Shown in pieces: positions 12,101-25,030 of a stretch of DNA of 64,000 nucleotides. The stretch is taken from assembly GCF_036365525.1 (NCBI RefSeq), contig NC_090400.1, positions 42,091,365 through 42,155,364 on the forward strand. The letters are read 5' to 3'. The position numbers and the translations under genes are program-made. The stretch is from Heterodontus francisci (taxonomy: Eukaryota). The notes under the pieces were generated by a model. That model was not told the DNA's origin. It did not search any database and saw nothing but the letters and a program-made list of their open reading frames with translations. How positions within the stretch are numbered: the first letter of the stretch is position 1; the number at the start of each line of letters is the position of its first letter.

Positions 12101-14160
12101 GATGCGGGCACGATGGAGTCTTTTAAGATGTATCTAGACAGATACATGAATGGGCAGGAAGAAAAGAGATACAGAACCTTAGAAAATAGGCGACATGTTT
12201 AGAGAGAGGATCTGGATCGGCGCAGGCTTGGAGGGCCGAAGGGCCTGTTCCTGTGCTGTAATTATCTTTGTTCTTTGTTCTTTGTTCTTTGAACATAAAA
12301 ACTGACTGTAAAAGTTTCTATAGGTATGTGAAGAGAAAAAGATTAGTGAAGACAAATGTAGGTCCCTTACAGTCAGAAACAGGGGAATTTATTATGGGGA
12401 ATAAAGAAATGGCTGACCAACTAAATGCATACTCTGGTTCTGTCTTCACAAAGGAGGACACAAATATCATACCAGAAATTTTGGGTAACACAGGGTTTAG
12501 TGAGAGAGAGGAACTGAAGGAGATCAGTATTATTAGAGAAATGGTGTTGAGAAAATTGATAGGATTGAAGGCCAATAAATCCCCAGGGCCTGATGGTATG
12601 CATCCCAGAGTATTTAAGGAAGTGGCCCTAGAAATAGTGGATGTATTGTTGGTCATCTTCCAAGATTCCATAGACTCTGGAACAGTTCCTATAAATTGGA
12701 GGGTATCTAATGTAACTATTTAAAAAGGGAGGTATAGAGAAAGCAGGGAATTATAGACCAGTCAGCCTGACGTCAGTAGTGGGGAAAATTCTAGAGTCCA
12801 TTATCAAAGATTTTATGGCAGAGCACTTGGAGAACAGTGGTAGAATCGGGCAGAGTCAGCATGGATTTATGAAAGGGAAATCATGCTTGACAAATCTACT
12901 AGAATTCTTCAAGGATGTAACTAGTAGAGTTGATGAGGGGGAGCCAGTGGATGTGGTTTATTTGGACTTTCAGAAGGCTTTCGACAAAGTCCCACATAAA
13001 AGATTAGTGTATAAAACTAAAGCGCATGGGATTGGGGGTAGTGTATTGCAATGGATAGAAAATTGGTTGGCGGACAGGAAACAAAGAGTAGGAATAAATG
13101 GGTCTTTTTCCCAATGGCAGGCAGTGACTAATGGGGTACCACAGGGATCTGTGCTAGGACCCCAGCTATTCACAACATTTATTAATGATTTAGATGAGGG
13201 AACTAAATGTAATATCTTCAAATTTGCAGATGACACAAAACTGGGTGGGAGGGTGAGTTGTGAAGAGGATGCAGAGAGGCTTCAGGGTGATTTGGATAAG
13301 TTGAGTGAGTGGGCAAATGCATGGCAGATGCAGTATAATGTGGATAAATGTGAGGTTATCCACTTTGGTAGCAAAAACAGGAAGGCAGATTATTATCTGA
13401 ACGGCTATAAACTGAGAGAGGGGAATATGCAGCGAGACCTGGGTGTTCTCGTACACCAGTTGCTGAAGGTAAGCATGCAGGTGCAACAGGCGGTAAAAAA
13501 GGCAAATGGTATATTGGCCTTCATAGCGAGAGGATTCGAGTACAGGAGCAGGAATGTCTTGCTGCAATTATACAGGGCCTTGGTGAGGCCACACCTGGAA
13601 TATTGTGTGCAGTTTTGGTCTCCTTATCTGAGGAAGGCTGTTCTTGCTATAGAGGGAGTGCAGCGAAGGTTTACCAGACTGATTCCTGGGATGGCGGGAC
13701 TGACGTATGAGGAGGGATTGAGTCGGTTAGGATTATATTTGCTGGAGTTCAGAAGAGTGAGATGAGATCTCATAGAAACCTATAAAATTCTAGCAGGACT
13801 TGACAGGGTAGATGCAGGAAGGATGTTCCCAATGATGGGGGAGTCCAGAACCAGGGGTCGTAGTCTAAGGATACGGGGTAAATCATTCAGGACTGAGATG
13901 AGGAGAAATTTCTTCATCCAGAGAGTGGTGAGCCTGTGGAATCCGCTACGACAGAAAGCAGTTGAGGCCAAAACATTGTATGCTTTCAAGAAGGAGTTAG
14001 ATATAGCTCTTGGCTTTAAAGGGATCAAAGGATATGGGGCGAAAGCGGGAACAGGTTACTGAGTTGGATGATCAGCCATAATCATAATGAATGGCGGAGC
14101 AGGATCGAAGGGCCGAATGCCCAACTCCTGCTCCTATTTTCTATGTTTCTATGTTTAAGT
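9130..14160 (+). mobile_element. CR1 LINE (outer element, 9130-9408 plus 12291-14160) split by a nested CR1
   Basis: ...KKGKIEYESKL at the end of the first part continues as NIKTDCKSFYRYVKRK after 12290. RT motifs YLDFQKAFDKVPH and FADDTKLGG are present; tail is (ctatgttt)n. Confidence 0.9.
9409..12290 (+). mobile_element. Young nested CR1 (HER1-like) with near-intact ORF2 (APE endonuclease plus RT)
   Basis: One reading frame from FNARSVVGKADELRAW (about 9410) to 12202, broken only by TAA at 10445-10447. Has GDFNFP, SDHN, YMDFSKAFDK and FADDTK motifs; tail is (tttgttc)n. Confidence 0.93.
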
Positions 14161-14249
14161 ACTATTGTGGGGAACAAGAAATGGTTAAGTGACAGAATTG
14201 ATACGCACAGGAGACAAAGGGTGCTATATTGAGAGGGGGAAAAAAGACA

Positions 14250-14450
14250 TACAAAAGCAAAATATTGCAGATGCTGGAAATCTGAAATAAATACAGTAAA
14301 TGCTGGAAATAGCAGGTTTGGCGGCATCTGTGGAGATCATAGACCTGAAATATTAACTCTGTTTCTCTCTCAACAGATGCTGCCACCCGCTGAGTATTTC
14401 AAGCATTCTCTGTATTTATTTCAGATTTCCAGTATCTGCAGTATTTTACT
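14250..14450. mobile_element. Fold-back Penelope-derived short element
   Basis: aaaagcaaaatattgcagatgctggaaatctgaaataaa at one end is inverted to tttatttcagatttccagtatctgcagtatttt at the other. Confidence 0.75.
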
Positions 14451-15450
14451 TCTCTTTTTCATTATGGTGCTGTTGTGTGCACTGTAATGTGATTAGATTT
14501 GCATCAGGAAATTATAGACCTGTTAGTCTAACATCTACTGTGGGGAAGTTATTGGAATACATAATTAAGGACAGATTGACTGTGCACTTAGTGAAATTTG
14601 AGCTAATTAGAGGAAGCCAACATGGATTTGTAAAGGGTTGGTCATGTTCAATGAAACAAATTGATTTTTTTGAGGAAGTAACTAAAGTAGCAGACAAGAG
14701 AATGTCTATGCATGTAATTTATGCAGACTTCCAGAAGGCATTTAATAAGGTTCCACATAAGAGATTGTTAGCTAAAATTTAAGGTTAGTAATTGAAGGCA
14801 AATTATTGACCTGGTTAGGAGATTGGTTAGATCATAGAAGACAGAGAGTAGGGATAATAGGTATGTACTTGAATTAGAAGGAAGTGACTAGTGACGTCCC
14901 ACAAGGATCTGTGCTGGGGCCTCAAATATTCACTATATTTATTAATGTTGTCTATAACACAGTAGAGAGGCATGTATCCAAATTTTCCAATGACACAAAG
15001 ATTGGTGGCATAGTACATGGTGTAGATTACTAAGATTCAAAATTACAAAGACCCATTGATAGATCAATTGTGTGGGCAAAACTGTGGCAGATCGATTTCA
15101 ACGCAGGTAAATGTGAAGTGAGCCATCTTGCTCCAAAAAAGGATAGATTTGAGTATTTTTTTAATGGTGGAAAGTTGGGAACAGTGGAGCTCCAAAGAGA
15201 TTTAGGAGTTCATGTACACAGATCAGTAAAATGTGATAGGTTCAAAAAATAATAAGACAGACTAATGGAATGTTAACCTTTATAAGTCGAGGTTTAGAAT
15301 ATAAAGGGGAGGAAGTTTTGCTATAGCTATACAAAGCCCTTGTTAGACCACATCTGCAGTACTATGTACAATTCTGGACACAGCGCAGATTCATTAGAAT
15401 GTTACCACGGCTCCACGGATTAAATTATGAGGAGATATTATATACACTAG

Positions 15451-15608
15451 GGAGAAGCAGAGTTAATATTTCAGGTCTGTGACCTTTCATCAGTTCTGAC
15501 CTGAAACATTAACTCTGCTTCTCTCTCCACAGATGCTGCCAGACCTGCTATTTCTAGCACTTTTTGTTTTTATTTCAGATTTCCAGCATCTGCAGTATTT
15601 TGCTTTTC
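15451..15608. mobile_element. Fold-back Penelope-derived short element
   Basis: 10-bp TSD tatacactag (15441-15450, 15609-15618). Arms ggagaagcagagttaat.tttcaggtc and gacctgaaacattaactctgcttctc are inverted. Confidence 0.75.
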
Positions 15609-15744
15609 TATACACTAGACTTGTATTCCCTGGAATATAGAAGGATCATGGGTGACTTGATTGAGGTTTTTAGAATTTTGAATGGAATTGGTAGGGTACA
15701 GAGAAACTTCTACCGCTGATGAGGGAATCTAGGACAAAGAAGGA

Positions 15745-16212
15745 AGAAAGACTTGTGTTTATATAGCACTTTTCACTGACCATTGGACATCTCAAAGCAC
15801 TCTACAGTCCCAATTAAGTACTTTTGAAGTATTGTCACTGTTGTAATATAGGAAACACGGCAGCCAATTTGCACACAGGAAACTCCAAAAAACAGCAATG
15901 CAATAATGGCCAGATGATCTGTTTATGTGATGTTTATTGATGGATAAATATTGGCCAGGACACTGGGGATAACTCCCCTGCTCTTCTTTGAAATTGTGTC
16001 ATGAGATCTTTTACATCCACCTCAGAGGGTAGACTGGGCTTCAGTTATATGCCACAGTGGAAAGACAGCACCTCCGGCATTGCAACACTCCCTCAGTACT
16101 GCACTGGTGTGTTAGCCTTCATTTTAGTGCCCAAGTCAAGGAGTGAGACTTAATCCAGGAACCTTCTGACTCAGAAGTGAGAGTGCTACCAACCGAGCCA
16201 CAGCTGACACTT
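15745..16212 (-). mobile_element. tRNA-derived DeuSINE (SacSINE1-like)
   Basis: Reverse complement of the SINE at 28290-28745: head gtgtcagctgtggctcggttggtagcactc, L2-like tail tataaacacaagtctttc. Confidence 0.75.
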
Positions 16213-16644
16213 AACAAAGAGACATAATCTTAAAATCAGAGCCTGGTCATTCAAGAGAAAAGTTAGGAAATACTTCTTTGCACGGTGGTCGAAGTGTGAA
16301 ACACTCTCCTTCAGAATGTAGTAGATGCTAACTTAATTTTTATAATTAATAACATTAATTATAATTTTAAACCTGAGCTCAATAGTTTTTTGTTAGCTAA
16401 AGGTATTAAGGGATATGGAGCCAATATGTATTGATAGAGTTGGAATAAAGATCAGCCATGATCTCATTGAATGACGGAAAAGGCTCGAGGGACTAAATGA
16501 CTTATTCCTGTTACTATGTTCCAATGCATGTCATAATTATACAAGTGATATAACCCATGTTACTTAGCAGTTTGACTAATAACTAATTAAGGGAACCTAT
16601 AGGACTCTAGTTTTAATCATTTTTGAAATAGGAGTAATCCTTAA

Positions 16645-16815
16645 CGATTTTTAAATTTCCAAAATATACTTTATTCGTAAAAAACTGTATAAAATACATT
16701 ACAAAACAGTTCAAAAACAGCACAAAGTCAACAATACAAAGAGTCCAGGGAGATCAGTTTCCTTCAATACAGGAGTGAGTTGCCTCACAACCCTTCCATT
16801 TCATTTTACCTGCCA
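16645..16815 (-). mobile_element. Tx1/L1-clade LINE 3' end
   Basis: Matches the 3' end at 36505-36660 (ccaaaa.tata.tttattc.taaaaa...aaaatacattacaaaaca.ttcaaa), which is linked to a Tx1-type ORF2 remnant. Confidence 0.6.
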
Positions 16816-18519
16816 GTAACCCTTAAAGATGTCAGCATGATGAACTGCCATCGGAATGTTGATCACTGTTTGCCAAAGGAGTTGCTGGACCTTATATTGC
16901 TATATTGAACATGTGGTAAATCATTATGCAAATCAGCATAAAAGGACCACTCCCATTTGGTTCTTTTCCATGTACTTGGAAAGTGTTCCAAAATATGTAT
17001 GAAGGACCCTGATTCTGTTTTGCATACTTCATTTTCTTTCCTCTAAATTAATTTTAAAAATGTATTTTATTTTTATCAGATGAGGATATTATAAACATCT
17101 CTGTATTTTATTGAAAAAGTTACAAGTGTTTATTTTTGATTAAATCTGGGTAAGTTTGCAATTTAGCCAGTCTGGAAAATTACAAAATGATACATGAGAA
17201 TCCTGTTAAGAATCCACTGCAATTTTATCACTAACTTTGTTTTTGGGCTGTTTGAAAAGTGCAATTGAATCCATTAAATGTTTGTGTGAAAATCACAAAG
17301 AACTTAACAATTAAAAGTCTTGCATTCAGCTCCCAGTTATAGCATCACAAATCCTAAAGGATTCTAATCACAAAGACAATGTACATTAATAAGGCAAAAA
17401 TTGTAATTGACTCAAATAAATACTTAAATTAATTTTCTTTTGGCCTTTATAACATGAATATGAATGGAAACAAAATATTTGCTTATAGGATTTGAAGAAA
17501 ATTATTCTGAGAATTTGATAAATCAAATTTGTGATATTTGGTGGATTGTGAATTTTGGCTTTGCAAAACAATTGCACAATTTAATTGATTAACTTTATAA
17601 TGACAGCTGCTTGTTGATTAATAGCTTTCCTTGTGCAGTGAATGATTTTTGGTTTGTATTTAAAGAATAAAATATTTGACAATTTTGCTGATTGGTTCAA
17701 ATTTAATGAATAGTTAATTAAGCTAAACAAAAACCCGCCTGTGGGCTCAAACAAGCTGCACGTTCAGCAAGTGGTATCCCTTTCTATATACACAGAGATA
17801 TCAGGCTGGTGATGGGGAACACAAAAGGCAATGTGGATGCAATCTATGGCACCTTGGATTCAGGGGAAATCTGCAAAGTGGCTGAAGCATAGTGCGCTCT
17901 TGTCCTGTTTCACTCTGTCAATGGGAATGTGATGTGTATGTTCCTTCTGGTATAGAGTGCCTCAAACATCTCGCTGATACAGTGGTACATGGCAAACTGC
18001 ATGGTGTCACTGATGTCACCTTCTGCAGCCTGGAGTAACCCAATGACATATGTTAAGGACTAAGGACCTTGACAACCACAGACAAAGATGTCCATGACCT
18101 GATTGTAGCTGCAGCTCTGTGACTGTCTCATTGGTGAAGCACAGAGACCTCACACATTGTTCCTTGGTGAAATTAAGGTATGAGTAGTGCTTCCTGATGA
18201 CCCACTGTGTGTATGGCCTCCAGGGTAGTGCCCCCTTAATTAATGTTAATCAGTACACTACCAGGGGAAATTATGACCTGTACCAATTTGGAAGTTTCCT
18301 TCCCTGAAAATCAAACTTTATGCTATTTCTGGTTATGAATAAGTTACAGAAATGTGCATGTGAAAAGGGGTTGAGTTGAATTTAGGGATTTGAGAGATTT
18401 GTCAATACACTCCAATCATGAAAATGAACAATATTTAATGTCAGGAATGTTTAATATGTTAGATTTATATAATGCAGTGTCTTCCTTTTCAAGTTTTCTT
18501 CTAGAGGTCTTAGATGTGT

Positions 18520-20285
18520 TTTTTTTTATTCATTCATGGGATGTGGGCGTTGCTGGCAAGACCAGCATTTATTGCCCATCCCTAATTCCCCTTGATAAGA
18601 TGGTGGTGAACTGCCTTCTTAAAACGCTGCAGTCCTTGAGGTATAGATACACCAACAGTGCTGTTAGGAAGGGAGTTCCAGAATTTTCACCCAGTGACAG
18701 TGAAGGAGTGGTGATACAGTTTCAAGTCAGGATGGTGTGTGGCTTGGAGGGGAACTTGCAGATGCTGGTGTTCCATGCATCTGCTGCTCTTGTCCTTCTA
18801 GGTGGTAAAGGTTGCTGGTTTGGAGGGTGCTTTCGAAGGATCCTTGGCGAGTTGCTGCAGTGCATCTTGTATATAGTACATACTGCTGCCACTGTGAGTT
18901 GGTGGTGGAAGGAGTGAATGTTGAAGGTGGTGGGTGGGGTGCCAATCAGGTGAGCTGCTTTGTCCTGGTCGGTGTTGGGCTTCTTGAGTGTTGTTGGAGC
19001 TGCACCCATCCAGGCAGGTGGAGAGTATTCCATCACACTCCTGACTTATATCTTGTAGGTGGTGGACAGGTTCTGTGGAGACAGGAGGTGATGTGGTCCA
19101 GGTCTTGCTGCATATGGACATGTGCTGCTTCGGTATCTGAGGAGTCACGAATGGTGCTGAACATTGTGCAATCATCAGTGCACATCCCCACTTCTGACTT
19201 TATGATGAAGGGAAGGTCATTGATGAAGCAGCTGAAGATGGTTGGGCCTAGGACATTACCCTGAGGAACCCCTGCAGTGATGTCCTGGGACTGAGATGAT
19301 TGACCTCCAACAACCACAACCATCTTCCTTTGTACTAGGTATGACTCTAACCAGCAGAGAGTTTTCCCCCTGATTCCCATTGACTCCAGTTTTGCTAGGG
19401 CTCCTTGATGCCATACTCAGTTAAATTCTGCCTTGACAACAAGGGCTGTCACTCTCACTTCACCTCTGGAGCTCAGCTCTTTTGTCCATTTTCAGACAAA
19501 GGTTGTAATGAGGTCAGAAGCTGAGCGGTCCTGGCAGAACCTAAGCAGAGCGTCAGTGGGCAGGTTATTGCTGAGCAAGTGCCGCTTAATAGCACTGTCG
19601 ATGACCCCTTCCATCACTTTACTGATGATCGAGAATAGACTGATAGAGTGGTGATTGATTGTGTTGGATCTGTCCTGCTTTTTGTGCACTGGACATACCT
19701 GGGCAATTTTCCACATTGCTGGGTAGATGCCAGTGTTGTAGCTGTACTGGAACAGCTTGGCTAGGGGCGCGGCAAGTTCTGGAGCACAAGTCTTCAGTAC
19801 TATTGCCAGAATGTTGTCAGGGCCCATAGCCTTTGCAGTATGCAGTGCCTTCAGCCATTTTTTGATATCAGGTGGAGTGAATCAGATTGGCTGAAGACTG
19901 GCATCCGTGATGCTGGGGACCTCAGGAGGAGGCCTAGATGGATCATCCACCCAACACTTCTGGCTGAACATGGATGCAAATGCTTCAGCCTTGTCTTTCG
20001 CACTGATGTGCTGGGCTCCCCCATCACTGAGGATGGGGATATTTGTGGAGCCTGCTCCTCCTGTTAGTTGTTTAATTGTCCACCACCATTCACGACTGGA
20101 TGTGGCATGACTGCAGAGCTTAGATCTGATCTGTTGGTTGTGGAATTGCTTAGCCCTGTCTATTGCATGCTGCGCCCGCTGTTTGGCACGCAAGTAGTCC
20201 TGAGTTGTAGCTTCACCAGACTGACACTTCATTTTTAGGTGTGCCTGGTGGTGCTTCTGCATGCTGTCCTATGCTCTTCACTGAT
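18520..20285 (-). mobile_element. Non-LTR retrotransposon of the CR1/L2 (jockey-group) type, distinct from the HER1-like CR1s
   Basis: - strand ORFs read GPDNILAIVLKTCAPELAAPLAKLFQYSY, AGVPQGNVLGPTIFSCFINDLP and CTDDCTMF; frameshifted. Confidence 0.85.
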
Positions 20286-21005
20286 TGTGGTTATTTGTGT
20301 TCCTCTTTAGATTAAGTTATTACAAACTGTCTTTTAAAAGGAGTGGCCTCAATGAGCAAATTATCTGTTTCTCAATCCAAACTTTTTATGCTGCTCATTC
20401 CAAGCCTTTTAATGCTTATTCATCCACACAAACACCAATGTGACTAAAGTCAGTTTAATCCCACGTTCCTTAATTTATGATTTAAGTATCTATAATTTTT
20501 GTTCTGAATTTCTACCCTTTTTAATTAACATTTATTGGGACTCCAGTTTCTGTTTGTAAACCATGTCCTCAAGATTTTACTCATTTCTTAAACTGCCCTC
20601 TAGTAATGACAAAGATAACTTCATGCATCACAGTTAATTGCTGCCAGCTAAAGGAATTTACAAGTTCCAAGGTATTTAGTTGAAGGGAGGCAACAGCAGA
20701 CATTGAGACAAATAAAAGTTTGAACAATTTGTTGACAGGTCAATGTTGTTTTTTGCAGTGAGAAAGCATCGATTTGGGATTCCTGTTCAAATAGAACATG
20801 GTTAAAATTTAATTTTAATTACATATATTGAGCAACACAACTTATCTTGAACTGCTATATTATAAAACCTACTCCTTATTTACATTGTTGTGATGAGTGA
20901 ATATTCTTTCAGAAAAGTAATAAATTCACATCATCAAAATAAATGTAACTGTGTCCTTGCAGTAATACTGAACACTTTGGTCGGCCTGATTTTTGGTAAA
21001 TCTTA

Positions 21006-21156
21006 TGACCTTGCTCAGTTGTTAATCTTTATTGACTCTCACTTATTAAAACTATAAAACAAAAATGGGATGATATAAACTGTGCAATTCAAATATACTT
21101 TATTGATGCTATAAAAAGTCGTCAAGAAGCATTTATGTTAAAGGATTATATATAAA
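21006..21156 (+). promoter_or_regulatory. TMIGD1: Candidate TMIGD1 proximal promoter (TATA box with HNF1-, CDX- and nuclear-receptor-like motifs)
   Basis: TATATAAA at 21149-21156, GTTAATCTTTATTG at 21021-21034, a second TTTATTG near 21099 and TGACCTTG at 21006. A possible non-coding exon ends at a G|GTAATA donor (21239/21240). Confidence 0.45.
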
Positions 21157-21403
21157 GGTTGGAGACGCAAGCATCGGATCCAGCTATTTAAGACTGTTTC
21201 TCATGACATTCTGTACAGTTTTGTTGAGATATTCTGTTGGTAATAGATCTGCTGAGACAAACCACTGAAAAATGTCAGCACAACAATTGAAGTAATTTTT
21301 AATAAATTTCCACTTTTTTCTGGATCCTTGTTTATCTTCAGAATTTTATCAGGAATACAAAGGCTCTTTGGCATTTTACAGATTCTTTGTTTATTCATGA
21401 AAT

Positions 21404-21482
21404 ATGGCTCTGTGGATCTTTGAGAATCTAATTTTTGGGCTAAGTTTTATTGTGGCATCACATTTTGTTCCTGGATATACAG
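21404..21482 (+). CDS. TMIGD1: TMIGD1 coding exon 1, signal peptide (MALWIFENLIFGLSFIVASHFVPGYT)
   Basis: Acceptor ttttacag at 21381, ATG at 21404, hydrophobic leader, phase-1 donor CAG|GTATGT compatible with the next exon. Confidence 0.8.
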
Positions 21483-22089
21483 GTATGTATGTTACATCTT
21501 AATTTGTTTACAGTGCCCAGCATAGATTGTGGAAACATTCCAAACTCAACTGAACCATGTGAATTATTTTACTTATTTCATTGTTTGTTCATTTGGTGCT
21601 TATCATATTTTGGATTAACGCCACCAGTAGTGTTTGATAAAGTAAATGTTAAACTCAATATAAATTATGAATGTATCTTAGTAATATCACTTTAAATAGA
21701 ATTTGATACAATAATTTTGCTTCTTCTATTGCTTTGAATATGTATTAAGAGTGTGCCGGGTGCATTTAGTTTGTAAAAGTTAACAAAATCTGGCTTTTAA
21801 AAATCTACAATTAATGAATTTATACTTTCTGTAACTTGATAATGTTGCAACAGCTTGATATGTTTTTTGAAAATGTGAATTTGTATTTATTAGGTTTTGA
21901 GCATCGAACTTTTGTCCAATAGCAGTCAGTATGTGAGTGGCTTTGTTGCTCCTGCATTAAACAGGCAAATGAATGAATCACTGAATATTAATATTCCATT
22001 GTTCTCTGGTGTATATCATCTATCTGTTCCCTTCCTGAAGAGATATTTGTGTGAAATGAATTGCCATGCATTACATTTGTCAAACTTAA

Positions 22090-22390
22090 GACCTGGGCAC
22101 AGAACCTTGATTGAAAAATTAGAGCTAAGTCATTCAGGAGTGAAATCAGTAAACATTTTTTCACTCAAAGGTTGGTGGAAATCTAGAATTCCCTCCCCCA
22201 AAAGGCTGTGGATGCTGTAGTCAATTGAAATGATTAAGACTGACATTGACAGAATTTTATAAGGTAAGGGTATTGAGGGATATTGATAAAAGGTGGGTGA
22301 ATGGAGTTGAGGTACAGATCAGCCATGATCTCAATAAATTGTGGAACAGGCTTGAGGGGCTGAATGGTCTATTCCTGTTCAGATGTTCCT
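22090..22390 (+). mobile_element. CR1 3' fragment
   Basis: CR1 tail ggagttgaggtacagatcagccatgatctc...gaggggctgaatggtctattcctgttc. Confidence 0.7.
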
Positions 22391-23820
22391 AAAGACTGAA
22401 CTTGACTGATGTGAGCAACGTAATTCTTGGACAAATTCTGAACATTAGCAGACACATTATATTCCAATTTACTGACATTGCAAATGGGTTTTGTATCTCA
22501 TTTCCTTTCTTCTGATTTTTTTTGTTTGTGTCCTTCAAAATAGCTGTTCCCCAGTACATATCTTTTTGGGTAGGATAGTTGAGAAGCAAAAACTACCCTG
22601 TACTCTCCAAAACCAATTGCATGTCTTGTTCACGTACTGTTATGCACTACCAGATATAAGAATTTTTTTTTAATGGAGCCAGAAACTCTTCACTTCAGTG
22701 TCACAACTAAAGGAAAATGATTAGCAAATTAAACTTTATTTGGTAGGATTTTATACACACAGCACAGTTCATTTCACAGAAAAATTAATATTAAAAAATG
22801 GTGTTATGGATCAGGCTACAAAATACCATTTGTGTTCTGATAAGAGTACAGTGCTAGTTTAACCCCTCTAGATTAGGTAGGGTATATCTTAGATGGGTAT
22901 CCCAGGGCTAGCAGTTTAACAATGCAACTGAAATTCAGATAGTATTTGTCAGTCTTGGACGCACAAATGGATACAGGCTAAAATAAGTGATCGAATTTAT
23001 TCATACAAACAATTCACCAAAAACATTAGAAAAATACTGTACAGTCCAATAAAATAATTGAATTTGGGCCATGGACCTCCATCTTTCCATTTTGGCTGCC
23101 TGCTCTTTGGCAGCAACCCAGGGTGGGACAGGTGCATGGGAAGAGAATGGGAAGAGAGGTTGGGGGGGGAGCAATTGCTGTTGCATTTACAACAGGAAAA
23201 TCTGAGTGGAGTAGGGCTGGTACCTGTTCTGTTCAAAGCAGCCCAATCCAGCAAGGGATCTGAAAAAGGGCATTAGGACCCTTATTAGCATGTGCAAAAA
23301 GGTTTGTTTTAGGAAGCTGCTCGTGTGATTGGCTGTATTTCAGACAGCAATGGCATGGGACATCATCCTACAAAACTGGTCCTTTATTCCCCCCATTCTC
23401 CACCTGGAAAACAGGCACACTGCTGCACACTGGCAACTTTTCAGGTCTATTGGGTCTCTCTTCATGAGAATGGCATAATAGGCTTTAGTTAAGAATTGCC
23501 TCTTTCGGATATCCTTAGACTTGGAAAGAACTGGGTACATGGCATTCTTTTAAGAATACTTTTCCTTTTCAGGATCAGCTGGTTAAATTGAGTTATCAAA
23601 ATAACAATGCTGTTCTGTTCTGTTGCAAAGATGCAGACTTTCATAGTATTTCCATGCGGTAGAAATCTCACTATTACTGTAGTAACCCCTGGAGACAGTT
23701 GAAGAACCCTTATACAATACAATGATATAACTTACAGTAGGGTTATTGTACTTATTATTTCCTTAGTTGATTCTTTTCTTGTTACATATATGGAAAATAA
23801 TGCTGTTCTTCCTTATATAG

Positions 23821-24099
23821 GTGTGGACATTGCTATTAATGATAACACAACTGACTACAAAATCATCATGAATATCTCAGAACCTCTTTCATTAACATGC
23901 AAAGCAGTCAACAACACCCAGGATGAAGAGTTAATCTGGTTTCGTGGAGACCGAATAATTGACTTGAAGTCTATGAATCGGATCAACGTTAGTACTGTCT
24001 GTATTGATCCAATCACAGAAAATGATGATGAAGCTATTTTCAGCTGCCATTTAAACAAAAATTACGACATTAATACAACTGTACTCCTGGACATCAGAT
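23821..24099 (+). CDS. TMIGD1: TMIGD1 Ig domain 1 exon
   Basis: SLTCKAVNNTQDEELIWFRGDRIIDLKSMNRINVSTVCIDPITENDDEAIFSC closely resembles human TMIGD1 as recalled (SLICAVQNHTREEELLWYREEGRVDLKSGNKINSSSVCVSSISEND). AG/GT boundaries, 279 nt, phase 1-1. Confidence 0.93.
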
Positions 24100-24569
24100 G
24101 TGAGTAACGTACCAATTTTAAGAAGCCAGAAGAATGAAATTGTTTTAAGAAACTTACGAGGGAGAGTGATAATGCTAAGGAAGAAATCAAAAAGGTTTCT
24201 AGTTTGCATCCAGTCACAGTATTAATTAAATTTCATACAGCAAGAAAAAGATTTGGAGTTGACGAAATATTGATTGTGTTGTTGCATTATATGACAGCAG
24301 TTGCCAACACAAATAGAATGGCATGATAAATCAGTAGATCAGTAGATTGAAAATTCAATTAGACAATATTGATATTTAAGGCAATAGTGAGATCATACTG
24401 GAGGCATGCTATCCACTTTGGTACTTAAAATTAAAAAGATAGGTAAAGGTATTGGCAAGGTGCGAAACTGGACATCAAGGATGATGCCAGGTCTTAAGTA
24501 AATTAGCTGTGAAGGAAGGGTAACTGAGTAAAATCTACTCTTGATGAAAATAGAGTGAGTGGAAGAGTT

Positions 24570-25030
24570 ATAGAATCATTTACGGCACAGAAGGAGGACA
24601 TTTGGCCCATCAAGTCCATGCTGGTTCTCCGCGGGGCAATCCAGTCAGTCCCACTCCCTCACTCGATCCCCATAACCCTGCAAGTTTATTTCCTTCAAGT
24701 GCTCATCCATTTCTTTTGAAGTCATTGATTGTTTCTGCTTCCACTACCCTAGTGGGCAGTGAGTTTCAGGTCATTACCACTCACTGTGCATCAAAATTCT
24801 TCCTCACATTCCCCTTGCATCTCTTGCCCAAAACCTTCAATCTGTGTCCACTAGTCCTTGTACCATCAGCTAATGGGAACAGTTTTTCCTTGTCTACCTT
24901 ATCTAAGCCTGTCATAATCTTGTACACCTCTATCAAATCTCCCCTCAATCTCCTTTGCTCCAGGGGGAACAATCCAGCTTTTCCAACCTAGCCTTGTAAC
25001 TAAAATCCCCCACCCCTGCAACTATTCTGG
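24570..25030 (-). mobile_element. CR1 3' fragment
   Basis: LEQRRLRGDLIEVYKIMTGLDKVDKEKLFPLA on the - strand. Confidence 0.85.

Larger units (their letters stand above)
14500..16525 (+). mobile_element. Old degraded CR1 RT region with nested inserts
   Basis: GNYRPVSLTSTVGKLLE...SQHGFVKG...DFQKAFNKVPHKRL with many stops. CR1 tail near 16450-16520. Confidence 0.85.

Noticed and set aside
9373-14028. Many minus-strand ORFs overlapping the CR1 elements
   Set aside because: Antisense shadows of LINE ORF2; the same peptides recur at every CR1 copy.
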